Notes: generated by a model from the sequence alone, not told the origin. Positions 48,164 to 58,555 are shown, numbered from the stretch's first letter. The stretch is DNA of 64,000 nt from Akkermansiaceae bacterium (GCA_051251915.1 JBPOGF010000001.1:32001-96000), one strand, 5' to 3'. Program-made: numbers and translations.

Positions 48164-51100
48164 ATGTCACTCCAAAACAAAAACAACGAATTAATGTCCG
48201 CTATGTTTAGCCGGGCTACAAGCATCTCGTTTGATCCGTTAATTCAACATCAACGTGCTCAATTCAACCCTTCCACTGGATCGTGGGTGTTTGGCCTTGC
48301 TGCATTTGCTGCAGGTGTCGCCCTGAAGAAGATGATCCAACCAGCAAGTGAAGGTTCACCTGCTCAACCTCCAGCAACTCCAACGCCTACACCAGACCCT
48401 CAGACACGTTTTAGTCGGGATCGTAGTGGTGATAGCATGAAAGCATTGCTTCGTGATACGATGGCTGAGGAGGGAAGAAGTGGAGATTTTTTATCAAGTA
48501 TTAGCTCAGAAGTAGCTAAGCTGAGAGAGGAAGTAGCAACTTTGAGTGCACAAAAGGAGCAACTTAAAGCGCATCCAGTTCCACATGAATACGACAGAAG
48601 TAACGATGAGTATTCTCAAGTCAAAGAAACTCTAGGGCAACTTAATGCTGAGAAGGCTAGGTTAGCGAGAACTGAGGCTGAGCTTCAGCAGGTTTTGATG
48701 TCACAGAAAGCATCTACTCCAGGAGCTGATGACGCGATTCGTGGAGACTTGTTAAAAGTGCAGGATGACCTGCAAAAGTTGAAGCATGATCAGGAACGCA
48801 TTCAGAGTGAGTATGAACTCAGCCAGAAGCGAGTCAGCGAGACTAGGTCTGCGATGGATTCACTCAAGCTGATGTTTGATGAAAAGGTGGCGAGCCTCAA
48901 GGAGGCTGAATCAAGAGAAGAAAATCTGAAGCGAGAGCATCAGATCTTATTGGAAACTGTTGCAAATCTTAAGAAGCAACTAGACTTTTTCCGTGAACAG
49001 GCAACGCAGGATAAGAGCGGAGTGACATCTCTCAAAATCCTTGAAGAGTCTAACAGCAGGCTATCGGCTCAGGTTGATACCAGTCTACTGGAAGCGGAGC
49101 AACAGCAGGCAGCCTTAAAAAGGCTGACTGCTGAAAAATCAGAACTAGCTAAGCAGCTAGATGAATACCAAGTGCAAGCACGTGAATCTGAGATGAGAAT
49201 GCATAGCTTAGAGTCTGCTCTTAGTGATGCTAAATCAGCTGAGCAGGCATTACTAGCTAGAGTAGAGGAGCTATCTAGCAGAAATGTGGAAGCGGATGGT
49301 GCACGTATCGAAAGGCTACGTTTAGAGAATGAACTGGCTGAGGCGAGAGTGAGTATCCAAGCATTAGAAGATAATGAGAACATGCTCAATTCTAAGCTAG
49401 AAATGCTTTCAAGCCAGGGCATGGTGCTTTCTCACAACAATGAGGCCTTGCTTAAGGTGACTGCTGAGAGAGATGGGCTTCAGCAGGATTTATTTGAGCT
49501 GGAGAAGCGTAGCGGAGATACTAAGAATGAGTTAGAAGAGGCTGCGGTGAAGGAAGAGGAGCTTAATCTCAAAATTGATAACCTTCTCAACCAGATCAAG
49601 AATCTTGAGAATGAGCGGGATCTGCACAAGTCGCGTTCTGATATGTCAGAGTTGCAGATGTCTAAATCAGGCAATGAATTTGATGCTCTGAAACAGTCAA
49701 TTCAAATACTCGAGGGTGAGAAGAGTTCATTAAGTGCAGAGCTCCAAGCTTACCAGCGTGAGGCTGCTGAAGCTACGAGAAAGCACAAAGAGGCTGAGCA
49801 ACTGATCCTTGACTCAGAAAGCAAAGAGAGAAAATATCGTAATGAGATAGAGTCCATTAGGTCACAGCTTTTAGCAATCGAAAATTCTAAACTAGAGTTT
49901 GCTACTCAACAAAAGGAGCTGCAGAAAGCTGAAGCTGAAATTCAACACCTTCTTGCTAACAGGCAGAATAATGAGCATGAGCTAGCAAATGTAAATGCTG
50001 AGTTAAATCACGTTAAGAGAGAGCTCGATGCACTTAATACACAGCAAAATCAACTTGCGAAAGAAGAACAGCTTAGTTCAGGGAAAGTGGCACAAATCGA
50101 GGAGCAACTCAGAGAGCGTGATCACATTATAGCTGACTCTAAACTGAAGGAAGATAACCTTAGAAGCGAGGTGGCTGTCCTCCAGCAGACTACACATCAG
50201 CTACATGGTGAGCTTGAGAGGCTGAGAGAAGTCCAGTCTGCTTTAGGCAGTAGTAATGCGACACTTAATGTTCTCCAGGAAACTGAGCAACAGTTGAATT
50301 CTCAGTTGCGAAATGCACAAGGTCAGATAGAGCAGCAGCATCAGAACTTGTTAAAAGCGGAGCAAGAAAGAGCTCGCTTGGAAGCTGGATTAGATGAAGA
50401 GTCAGCAAAATTTGCGAATCTCAACAACGAGAATAATTTCCTAAGGCAGCAACTAGCTGGATGGGAAGCGAAGGAGGCTGAGCATTCTAACAGATTATTA
50501 CAACTCAATGCAGGGTCATCAGATACTGAAAAGTTAGAGCAAGAGTTAATGCAGCTTAGAAGCCAACAACTTAATTTGAAATCTCATCTGGATAGCACGG
50601 TGAATGAGAAAGGTCAACTTGAGCAGAATCTTAATATGCTTAATGGCAAGCTGCAGCATGTTGTTTCTGATAGAGATCATCTATCTAGGGAGTTGGAGAA
50701 TGTTTCAGTATCACTTGGAGCGATCACAGCAGAGAGGGATGACTTACAGAATACTTGTAGTAAGCTACAGTTATCAATTCAGGAGTTAGTTGCTGAGCAA
50801 AACAAGAAAGATCAAGAGCACAAGCAAGCGCTTCTGGCTATGGAGATGCAGTCTATTCCTGAAGAAGTGGTAACTAAAGAACTAGCTTCTGAAGAACAAG
50901 CGGTGGTGAAACTAGAGCTTCCGCAGGATGAATCTACGGATCTTAAGCCTATTGGTCAGTTACCTGAGAAGAAGAATGAAGGAACTCATACATCACAAGC
51001 TGAGTTTGTAAGAGATGATCTTGATACATCAGTATTTGAGCCGTCGGTTATGAATGTTGAAGAGTTTGAGTCACCTGTTTCTGAGAACCTTTTTGAATCT

Positions 51101-52360
51101 ACTAAAGTAGGAAGGCTTAGAAAGTTCAAAGGCCACCGCAAGATAGAAGACATAGAGTCAAAGGAAAAAGATCTCGAAGAACGTGTTAAAGCATATAAAG
51201 ATCGCTTAGAGCAAGGGGAGTCAGAAGATCAAATAGCACTGTCTATAGCTAAAGCAAAATCTGCGACGGGGGGGGCAGCAGAAATAGACACTAAGCACAA
51301 AGCTTACTCACCTAATAGGTCATTCATGGATCTTCTCGAAGATAGTGAAAGACGTAAGGTAGAACAGAAGCCGGTTAATATTGAAACTAGTTGGTCAGAA
51401 GTTGAGGAGTTAGAAGAGGAGGACATTGTTCTTGAAGAAGGAACGAACTACAAGCCGCTACTCTTTGGTGGAGCGGCTGCTGGTCTTGCTATCGGGGCCG
51501 CAGCGATGGTGCTCTTTAATCAGAGCAATAATTCATCAGATCCAAGTAAGAGGAATCCGATAACTGATAACCAACAGCAGACTCCTAACAGTAATGGTTC
51601 ATCCGCCACTGGTCCAAACTATGGAGGAGATAATATCGATGGTGACGTTAATTTATCAAGTATTGAGCTGAAAGATCAGGCTCTAGATCTACTTAAAAAA
51701 TTCCATAATTCAGCAGATCAAAACGTAAAAGCTTCTCTCTGCCGAGTGCCTAAACGCACCTTGGCTGACATGAAGGATTACTACTCTAATAGAGCACAAG
51801 ATTATGCAGTGACAGATGTAGAAATCAGTCCTCATCTCGTATTCGAGAGCAAGATGAAGTTTATCAAAGCTGAGGTCAAAACTCAACTTGATGGAGAGAC
51901 TGGCTCTAAAGTCGCTTACTTTGTTAAGGACGATAACGGGGATCTCAAGCTGGACTGGTATAACTACGTGGGCTACGAAGTTACTCCATGGGATAAGTAC
52001 CTGAACTTGGGCGATGTAGGGGCACAAGATTGGCATGTATCGATCGATCTTAATGGCAATGAGCATCCGGATTTCCCAGAGGATCAATTTGTTGCTCTCA
52101 AGGTTAGAAGTTGGAGTCCAGATGCGATTAATTCAGCGAGTGCTTACCTTAGTAAGGAGAATGTTATGTATCAGCAGTTAATGGATGCTTACAAATTAGG
52201 GCAAAAAACTTTCATCCTTCGTCTCCGTCATTTGGGTGACATCACGAATTCATTATATGTCGATGAAGTCATATCACTCAGTGAGTTTTATGTGCGGGAC
52301 ATCGATACGGATGTCAGTTCTAGTATCGATGAAATATCATTCGGTGATTCTTCCTATTGA
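48164..52360 (+). CDS. Giant coiled-coil membrane-anchored protein
   Basis: About 800 aa of E/Q/L/K heptads, an acidic linker, TM LLFGGAAAGLAIGAAAMVLF, and a C-terminal globular domain (KLDWYNYVGY..PW). No Walker motifs. Confidence 0.85.
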   Translation: MSLQNKNNELMSAMFSRATSISFDPLIQHQRAQFNPSTGSWVFGLAAFAAGVALKKMIQPASEGSPAQPPATPTPTPDPQTRFSRDRSGDSMKALLRDTMAEEGRSGDFLSSISSEVAKLREEVATLSAQKEQLKAHPVPHEYDRSNDEYSQVKETLGQLNAEKARLARTEAELQQVLMSQKASTPGADDAIRGDLLKVQDDLQKLKHDQERIQSEYELSQKRVSETRSAMDSLKLMFDEKVASLKEAESREENLKREHQILLETVANLKKQLDFFREQATQDKSGVTSLKILEESNSRLSAQVDTSLLEAEQQQAALKRLTAEKSELAKQLDEYQVQARESEMRMHSLESALSDAKSAEQALLARVEELSSRNVEADGARIERLRLENELAEARVSIQALEDNENMLNSKLEMLSSQGMVLSHNNEALLKVTAERDGLQQDLFELEKRSGDTKNELEEAAVKEEELNLKIDNLLNQIKNLENERDLHKSRSDMSELQMSKSGNEFDALKQSIQILEGEKSSLSAELQAYQREAAEATRKHKEAEQLILDSESKERKYRNEIESIRSQLLAIENSKLEFATQQKELQKAEAEIQHLLANRQNNEHELANVNAELNHVKRELDALNTQQNQLAKEEQLSSGKVAQIEEQLRERDHIIADSKLKEDNLRSEVAVLQQTTHQLHGELERLREVQSALGSSNATLNVLQETEQQLNSQLRNAQGQIEQQHQNLLKAEQERARLEAGLDEESAKFANLNNENNFLRQQLAGWEAKEAEHSNRLLQLNAGSSDTEKLEQELMQLRSQQLNLKSHLDSTVNEKGQLEQNLNMLNGKLQHVVSDRDHLSRELENVSVSLGAITAERDDLQNTCSKLQLSIQELVAEQNKKDQEHKQALLAMEMQSIPEEVVTKELASEEQAVVKLELPQDESTDLKPIGQLPEKKNEGTHTSQAEFVRDDLDTSVFEPSVMNVEEFESPVSENLFESTKVGRLRKFKGHRKIEDIESKEKDLEERVKAYKDRLEQGESEDQIALSIAKAKSATGGAAEIDTKHKAYSPNRSFMDLLEDSERRKVEQKPVNIETSWSEVEELEEEDIVLEEGTNYKPLLFGGAAAGLAIGAAAMVLFNQSNNSSDPSKRNPITDNQQQTPNSNGSSATGPNYGGDNIDGDVNLSSIELKDQALDLLKKFHNSADQNVKASLCRVPKRTLADMKDYYSNRAQDYAVTDVEISPHLVFESKMKFIKAEVKTQLDGETGSKVAYFVKDDNGDLKLDWYNYVGYEVTPWDKYLNLGDVGAQDWHVSIDLNGNEHPDFPEDQFVALKVRSWSPDAINSASAYLSKENVMYQQLMDAYKLGQKTFILRLRHLGDITNSLYVDEVISLSEFYVRDIDTDVSSSIDEISFGDSSY

Positions 52361-52394
52361 CGAATGGATTTGCTAAGGTAATGCTCTTCTAAGA

Positions 52395-53309
52395 ATGAAG
52401 TGTTTCCATAGCAAAATCCTACCGAGTTTGTTACAAGATGAAGCTTCTCTTCCATTATGGAAAGGGAAGCTTTCTTGTGAGATGCTATTGGATGAAAATA
52501 TACTGAATTCATCGGAAATAATTGATTGTCAGCCACTTCCTTCTGAGGTGATTCGTTCGGCGCACTCGCGCACGTATCTGCATAAGATCTTGAGTGGTCA
52601 GTTGGACATGAAGGAGCAAATGCTCTTGGGGTTTCGTGTGACACCAGAAATTTACCCGTTGGTGTCATCCACGGTTAATGCTTCTATTAGCACTTGCCTT
52701 ACTGCGCTAGCGGAGGGGGTGTCAGTTTCTCTTTCTGGGGGGATGCACAATGCTTACGAAGACTTTGGCATTAATTATTCGATCTTCAATGATATTGCGA
52801 TTTCGGTGAAAATTCTACGTAAGATGTATCCTCAGATCAAGATTTTGATCATTGATACTGATGCGGATCATGGAGCGGGGACGAACTCGTTATTGCAAGG
52901 CGACCCTAATACTAAGACGTTCTCATTTCATTCTTATGGTAGCAGAAAGCCGAGTTTTCTGAGTGATTATGATGTTACTGTGGCTCGTTACATTGAGGGT
53001 GGATCTTATATTGATTTGCTGATGGGGCGTTTAGCTACGGCTTTAGAGCGATCTATGCCGGACTTGGTTATCTGGGTCTCTGGTGTGAGTGCGCATTATC
53101 TGGATCAGAGTCGGCTGATGCGATTACACGCTAATGACTTGTTTTACCGGGACATGATGATCTCACGTGCTCTCATTAAAAATAAAATCCCACTTGCTGT
53201 GCTTTTGGGTGGGGGTAATAATGAGAACCCTATACTTACGGGTAAACTTCACCGCAACACGATAGCGGCGGTGAAGCATAATGCGGGTAAATACATGGAT
53301 AATCACTAA
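52395..53309 (+). CDS. Histone deacetylase-fold protein with substituted catalytic residues
   Basis: GGMHNA, IFNDIAI, IIDTDADHGAG, PDLVIWVSGVS and LGGGN align with the HDAC blocks. Confidence 0.85.
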   Translation: MKCFHSKILPSLLQDEASLPLWKGKLSCEMLLDENILNSSEIIDCQPLPSEVIRSAHSRTYLHKILSGQLDMKEQMLLGFRVTPEIYPLVSSTVNASISTCLTALAEGVSVSLSGGMHNAYEDFGINYSIFNDIAISVKILRKMYPQIKILIIDTDADHGAGTNSLLQGDPNTKTFSFHSYGSRKPSFLSDYDVTVARYIEGGSYIDLLMGRLATALERSMPDLVIWVSGVSAHYLDQSRLMRLHANDLFYRDMMISRALIKNKIPLAVLLGGGNNENPILTGKLHRNTIAAVKHNAGKYMDNH

Positions 53310-53343
53310 TCTTATCACCGCTGATGTGCTGGGAATGGAGGGA

Positions 53344-54843
53344 TTAGGGTGTTTTTGATGCGGCAGGGATTGGGACTGTATTTGTCTCTCGCCACGTTTT
53401 CATTTCAGCGTAGAGCTCGTCTCGTTTTTCTGTGGATTTGTCAGCTAAGTTGTTCTTTTCTGCTGGGTCTAAGGTTAGATTATAGAGTTCTAGTTTACCG
53501 GTGTTTAGGAACTGGATGAGTTTCCAGTTGCCTTTTTTCATCATGGTACAGGGCGCGTGTTTGTAGGTGCTTGCGATGTGCCAGAAGAGTGGGCGTTCAT
53601 CTGGTTTTTCGGCATGTTCGATTATTGGGAGTATGCTATTTCCATCCATTGTGCCGGTGTATTTATTTGTATTAGCCAGGTCTAGGAATGTAGGGAAGAA
53701 ATCTAGAACGGTGATGTTCTGCGTGAGACGTTGTGGTTTAATTTTTCCTTTCCAGTGGACTATGGCGGGGACACGGATTCCTCCTTCGTAGATTTCGCCT
53801 TTGGCTCCGCGGAGTTGGTTGGTGTGGGATTGGATGCCGTTGTAGCCATTGTCTGAGGTGAAGATGATGACGGTGTTATCGATCTTTCCTGAGGTGTTGA
53901 GGTAGTCCATGAGGCGGCCTACATTCATGTCGATATTCTCAACCATGGTTGCGTAGGCTGCGATTTCTTTGGTGGCTTTGGCGTGCTGGCCAGTGCCCTC
54001 GTCTTTTGCTTTTTCGATGTATTTTTTAAGCATCTCTGGACCGGTTGCGATGCTTGGGCGGTGGGGCGAGTAGTAGTGGAGATTGACAAAGAATGGCTTT
54101 GTTGAGTCTTTCATGAAGCGGATGGCTTCATCTGTCATGTAGTCTGTGAGCCATGTTCCTTCTTTAGGGTCTTTGATGAATGGGTTGTTGAAGGGAGCTA
54201 TGTAGCCGCCCGATGGGGCGTTATAGCCTGCTTTGTAGCCTCTGGATGGATCGCCCCAGAATGTGCCACCTACGTTTTCGTGAAAGCCTTTTGCTATAGG
54301 ATAGTAGAGATTGAGGTATTCAGTCTTGTGCTTTTCTAGCCAAGCGGTTGAGCCGTTTGCTGGTTGCTTGAGTTTCTTTTTAAATGGGTAGTTTTTCTCC
54401 TTTTCAGGGTAGGGGCCTACTACGTGCCATTTACCGAGATGGATGAGTTGGTAGCCTGCGTCTCTGAGGGGCTTGGAATAGAAGTCGTGTTTGGTTTCTA
54501 CTGTCCAGCGGGAGTAGATGTTGTGTTTGGGACCGTTTGGTTTTTCGAGGACGGGGACGTTGTAGACTTGGGTTCTGAAGGAATGTTTGCCTGTTAGGAG
54601 GGCGGTGCGTGAGGGGGAGCAGGTGGGATACATGCTAGCATTTTGGAAGACGGCGCTTTCTTTGGCGAGGGCGTCGAGTTTGGGGGTTTCGAACCATTTG
54701 CTGCCGTTGAAGCCTACGTCTTGGTAGCCTAGGTCATCTGCGAGGATGAAGAGGATGTTTGGTTTGGTTGTTTCTTGGGCTTTTGTGGATGAGTGGAGAC
54801 CGATGAGGGTGAGAGCTAGTGCGGTGATGGAGAATATTTTCAT
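53344..54843 (-). CDS. Sulfatase (S1)
   Basis: PNILFILADDLGYQD, CSPSR, GKWH, TSDNG, signal peptide. Confidence 0.95.
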   Translation of the reverse strand: MKIFSITALALTLIGLHSSTKAQETTKPNILFILADDLGYQDVGFNGSKWFETPKLDALAKESAVFQNASMYPTCSPSRTALLTGKHSFRTQVYNVPVLEKPNGPKHNIYSRWTVETKHDFYSKPLRDAGYQLIHLGKWHVVGPYPEKEKNYPFKKKLKQPANGSTAWLEKHKTEYLNLYYPIAKGFHENVGGTFWGDPSRGYKAGYNAPSGGYIAPFNNPFIKDPKEGTWLTDYMTDEAIRFMKDSTKPFFVNLHYYSPHRPSIATGPEMLKKYIEKAKDEGTGQHAKATKEIAAYATMVENIDMNVGRLMDYLNTSGKIDNTVIIFTSDNGYNGIQSHTNQLRGAKGEIYEGGIRVPAIVHWKGKIKPQRLTQNITVLDFFPTFLDLANTNKYTGTMDGNSILPIIEHAEKPDERPLFWHIASTYKHAPCTMMKKGNWKLIQFLNTGKLELYNLTLDPAEKNNLADKSTEKRDELYAEMKTWRETNTVPIPAASKTP

Positions 54844-54931
54844 GGGTTATTTTTTTGTATTTTATTCTAATTACTGAGCTACTGTCTAGCTATAATACAG
54901 ATTGCTGGTGTGCATTGTTAGTCTAGCTCGT

Positions 54932-54964
54932 AAAAAAGCGGCTTTCAAATGATGAAAGCCGCTT
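54932..54964 (-). terminator. Intrinsic terminator after lpdA
   Basis: AAGCGGCTTTCA-aatga-TGAAAGCCGCTT. The A-run on its left is the U-tract on the minus strand. Confidence 0.85.
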
Positions 54965-54996
54965 GGTGAGATTTGGTGATTTGTGAGTACGTGATC

Positions 54997-56373
54997 CTAG
55001 AAGTGGATTGCGTGTCCGTCTGCATCCAGAGTGGCCTCGTGGATTGCCTCAGCCAGTGTTGGGTGGGCGTGGATGGTGCTGTGGATCTCGTCTGTGGTGC
55101 ACTCCATTTCAAGAGCGAGTCCCATTTCAGCGATGAGTTCAGTGGCATTTTCACCGATGATGTGTGCTCCGAGGAGTTCACCGTGTTTCTTGCCGAAGAG
55201 CAGCTTGACGAAGCCTTCTGTGTCACCGGATGCTTGTGCTTTACCGATGGCAGCGTATGGGAAGTTACCAACTTTGTAATCGATTCCTTCTTCCTTGAGT
55301 TTGCGTTCAGTCTTACCAACTGATGCTACTTGTGGGTGAGCGTAGGTGCAGCCAGGGAAGTTGCCAACTTTGCGAGGAGTGTGACCTTCTACGAACATTC
55401 CTTCAACGCACTGGATAGCTTCAAATGATGCTGTGTGTGCGAGCCATGGTGGACCAGAGATGTCACCACAAGCATAGACGCTAGGGATAGATGTCTCGTA
55501 ACGGTCACCTACTTTGATGAATCCGCGATCGAGTTCAGGCTCCATTCCTCCAGGGAGAACAGGTGCAACGCCGATGGCGACGAGGCAGATATCAGCAGTG
55601 ATTTCTTGAGTGCCTTTAGCATTTTCTACAGTAAGGGTGACGGAGTCTCCGTTGTCCTTAGTTTTCACTACTTTGCTGTCTACTAGGCAGTTGATGCCTT
55701 GTTTTTTGAATGATTTTGTTATTGCAGCTCCGATATCATCGTCCTCTACAGGGAGTAGATTTGGCATCATTTCGATTAGAGTGACTTTGGTGCCGAATGC
55801 GTTGTAGATGTAGGCGAATTCTACGCCGATCGCTCCTGCTCCGATAATGACCATTTCTTTAGGTTGCTCAGGTAGAACCATTGCTTCCTTAGATGAAATG
55901 ACTGATTTTCCATTGAATGGAAGTGGGGGGAGTTCACGGCTCTTGCAACCAGTAGAGACGAGGATGTTTTTACCTTCGAGGACTTGAGTGGTGCCATCAG
56001 TGTTTTTCACTTCAACTTTGTTTGGAGCGGCGATGCTTCCGAAGCCTCTGATGTAGTCGACTTTGTTCTTTTTAAATAAGAACTCAATGCCACCAGCGAG
56101 ACGAGTGGAGACTTTGCGTGAGCGACCGATGACTGTAGACCAGTCATACTGAAGGTTGTCAAATGAGAGACCAAACTCTTTAGATTTCTTGGTGAGTGTC
56201 TGGTATAGCTCAGCGTTTTTGAGGAGTGCTTTAGTAGGGATGCATCCCCAGTTGAGGCAGGTGCCTCCCGCGCGGTCTGCTTCTACGCAGGCTACTTTTT
56301 TGCCGAGTTGTGCTGCACGGATTGCGCCTACATAGCCTGCAGGGCCTCCACCGATTACTATAAGATCATACAT
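54997..56373 (-). CDS. lpdA: Dihydrolipoyl dehydrogenase
   Basis: GGGPAGY, GGTCLNWGCIPTK redox motif, GAGAIG, HAHPTLAE. ATG 56373 is preferred. Confidence 0.96.
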   Translation of the reverse strand: MYDLIVIGGGPAGYVGAIRAAQLGKKVACVEADRAGGTCLNWGCIPTKALLKNAELYQTLTKKSKEFGLSFDNLQYDWSTVIGRSRKVSTRLAGGIEFLFKKNKVDYIRGFGSIAAPNKVEVKNTDGTTQVLEGKNILVSTGCKSRELPPLPFNGKSVISSKEAMVLPEQPKEMVIIGAGAIGVEFAYIYNAFGTKVTLIEMMPNLLPVEDDDIGAAITKSFKKQGINCLVDSKVVKTKDNGDSVTLTVENAKGTQEITADICLVAIGVAPVLPGGMEPELDRGFIKVGDRYETSIPSVYACGDISGPPWLAHTASFEAIQCVEGMFVEGHTPRKVGNFPGCTYAHPQVASVGKTERKLKEEGIDYKVGNFPYAAIGKAQASGDTEGFVKLLFGKKHGELLGAHIIGENATELIAEMGLALEMECTTDEIHSTIHAHPTLAEAIHEATLDADGHAIHF

Positions 56374-56552
56374 ATTGATGTGTTGTTTGGATTGTGGCGG
56401 GCCGCATGAGTTGCGGTCCACATCTGATGTTGAGCTGACTGTTAGGCATTTTGCTTATAAATTCAAATATCAAATGCCTTAAATTGGTTATTTTTTGTGG
56501 ATCTTAGAATAATATCTGGAAGCGAATCTGGTTTTAATGCTACATCCTGCTT

Positions 56553-57125
56553 ATGACTGCATTTCCTAAGCCTATTCATCTTGCTCATCAGTTGATTAAA
56601 AACTTGATTCGTCCAGGAGATACAGTGGTGGATTCCACTTTAGGTAATGGTCATGATGCGTTATTTCTCGCTGGACTAGTGGGGGAGAAGGGACTGGTGA
56701 TTGGCTTTGATGTTCAGCCTGAGGCAATAGAGGCATCTTCAGCGAGGATGAGGGATAATGGGATCACGCAATATGATTTTCACCTTACTGGGCATGAGGA
56801 CATGGGGCGTGTGATAGCTGATGAAAACTTACCTCTAGCGGTTGTTGTGTTTAATTTGGGATATCTGCCAAATGCTGATAAATCTATAATCACTACGGAG
56901 CTGACGACTATACCGGCACTGGAGACAGCTCAGCAGTTATTGAAGGCTGGTGGGTTAATTAGCATTATGTGCTATCCGGGGCATGAGGGAGGAGATGTGG
57001 AGTCAGCGGCCATTAGTGAGTGGGCGGGAGGTTTGCCGCGTGATCAGTATCGGGCTGCTCGCTACGCACTTCATAATGCTCCGAATAATCCACCGTTCTT
57101 ATTGTTGATAGAGAAGATGTTTTAA
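56553..57125 (+). CDS. mnmM: SAM-dependent methyltransferase, YtqB/MnmM family (tRNA mnm5s2U methylation)
   Basis: VDSTLGNGHD, FNLGYLP.ADKSIIT, YPGHEGG. Confidence 0.75.
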   Translation: MTAFPKPIHLAHQLIKNLIRPGDTVVDSTLGNGHDALFLAGLVGEKGLVIGFDVQPEAIEASSARMRDNGITQYDFHLTGHEDMGRVIADENLPLAVVVFNLGYLPNADKSIITTELTTIPALETAQQLLKAGGLISIMCYPGHEGGDVESAAISEWAGGLPRDQYRAARYALHNAPNNPPFLLLIEKMF

Positions 57126-58555
57126 ATGATAATGGTGGCTTTTGTTCCGAGTTCTGGGGGTGAAATATTTTCTAACTGAATAGTTCCTTGGTGGAGGTCA
57201 ATAATTTCTTTGACGAAGGATAGTCCTAGGCCACTGGATTTTTGTGATGTGTTAGGTTTGCTGATGGAGTAGAATCTCTCGAAGACGCGGGGGAGGGCGT
57301 AGTCTGGGATTCCGGGGCCTTGGTCGGTTATTGTGATGGTTGTTTTTCCTTCTGTTGCGGTAGCTGTGAGTTTGATCTGGCCATTTTCTGGTGAGAAATG
57401 GATGGAATTCTCTAGGAGATTAGCGAGTGCCGCTTGGAGTAAATTTTCATCTCCTTTGATGGTGAGATCTGATGGAATGTCTATTTCTAGAGGTAAGTTT
57501 TTTGTCTCAAGTCGGTGGGCGTGGGCATCACTGAGTTGGTTGGCGAGAGTGAGGAGGTTGATATCTTCTCGTTTGAGGAGCTGGGGTTGGGCTTCTAGGT
57601 GGGAGAGTTTTAGGAGGCCGTCTATGATGCGCTGGGAGCGGTTGGTTTCGTTTTGGATGTTAGTGAGGAATTTTCTGCGTTGCTCCAGTGGCATGTCTTC
57701 TTGTAGTAGTTCGGCGGAGCCTCGGATAGCGGCTAATGGGGACTTGAGCTCGTGGGTTAGGATTTGGGTATAGTCTTCTACGTAGGACCTACCGTCTAGG
57801 GTGTCTCGCATTTCTTTGAGGGCGCTGCCTAGGGTGTTTACTTCTCTGCCACGTCCTAGTCTGGGGGCAATGGGGCGTTCTCCACGAGTGATGGCGTGTG
57901 CATACTGGGTGAGTTTTCCGATGGGGCGAAAGATCCAGGTGAAGACAGCGATGGTGAAGACAATGATGCCGACTGCGATCATTGTTACTGAAAGTGTGAT
58001 CCATTTTCGTCTGGAGGTGATGAAGGGGCGGACGTCTTGTTGGGCTTTGTAGGTGGTGAGGGTGCCGATGATTTTTCCATCGTGCTTTATGGGGACTCCG
58101 ATGTAGAGAACTGAGCTGTTGGCATCGTGTTCGTGATCACGGCTTGAGCGCGCAGCATAGATGTCTTGGTTGGCTTTGAAGACATCGTTGTGTTGAGATA
58201 AGTCCATCCCCGTGTGTTTGTTTTTAGAATCATAAATCACGATGCCTTTATCATTAGTGACATAGACATGGGTTCCTACTTGGGTTTTGATCAGCTTGAA
58301 GACGGTGGCGTTAAACTCGTGGTCGTGTGCTTTGTCTAGTGCTGATTTTAGGCGATTAGTTTGGATGGTGTCTTGGGTAATGTCTGACTCGATAATACCG
58401 GTAAGGATGTGTGCTGTATCAATGAGGCATTCTTCAGTGGCTTGGAAGGTTTGATCCTCTAGGTCATCTGTTAGATACTGATAGAGCATGAGGAAGCCAG
58501 CACTGGTCACCACAGCCATGATGAGGACGATGAGGCGAGTAAGGCGGATTTTCAT
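57122..58555 (-). CDS. creC: CreC-like sensor histidine kinase
   Basis: ATEECLIDTAHIL, HVYVTNDKGIVIYDS, G.D.S.HNDV and YVEDYTQILTHELKSPLAAIRGSAELL closely follow CreC. Confidence 0.85.
   Translation of the reverse strand: MKIRLTRLIVLIMAVVTSAGFLMLYQYLTDDLEDQTFQATEECLIDTAHILTGIIESDITQDTIQTNRLKSALDKAHDHEFNATVFKLIKTQVGTHVYVTNDKGIVIYDSKNKHTGMDLSQHNDVFKANQDIYAARSSRDHEHDANSSVLYIGVPIKHDGKIIGTLTTYKAQQDVRPFITSRRKWITLSVTMIAVGIIVFTIAVFTWIFRPIGKLTQYAHAITRGERPIAPRLGRGREVNTLGSALKEMRDTLDGRSYVEDYTQILTHELKSPLAAIRGSAELLQEDMPLEQRRKFLTNIQNETNRSQRIIDGLLKLSHLEAQPQLLKREDINLLTLANQLSDAHAHRLETKNLPLEIDIPSDLTIKGDENLLQAALANLLENSIHFSPENGQIKLTATATEGKTTITITDQGPGIPDYALPRVFERFYSISKPNTSQKSSGLGLSFVKEIIDLHQGTIQLENISPPELGTKATIII

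Noticed and set aside
48164..52360. Second SMC/SbcC or defence-system (Wadjet/Lamassu) ATPase
   Set aside because: There is no Walker A/B, signature motif, hinge or zinc hook, and the protein has a TM segment instead.
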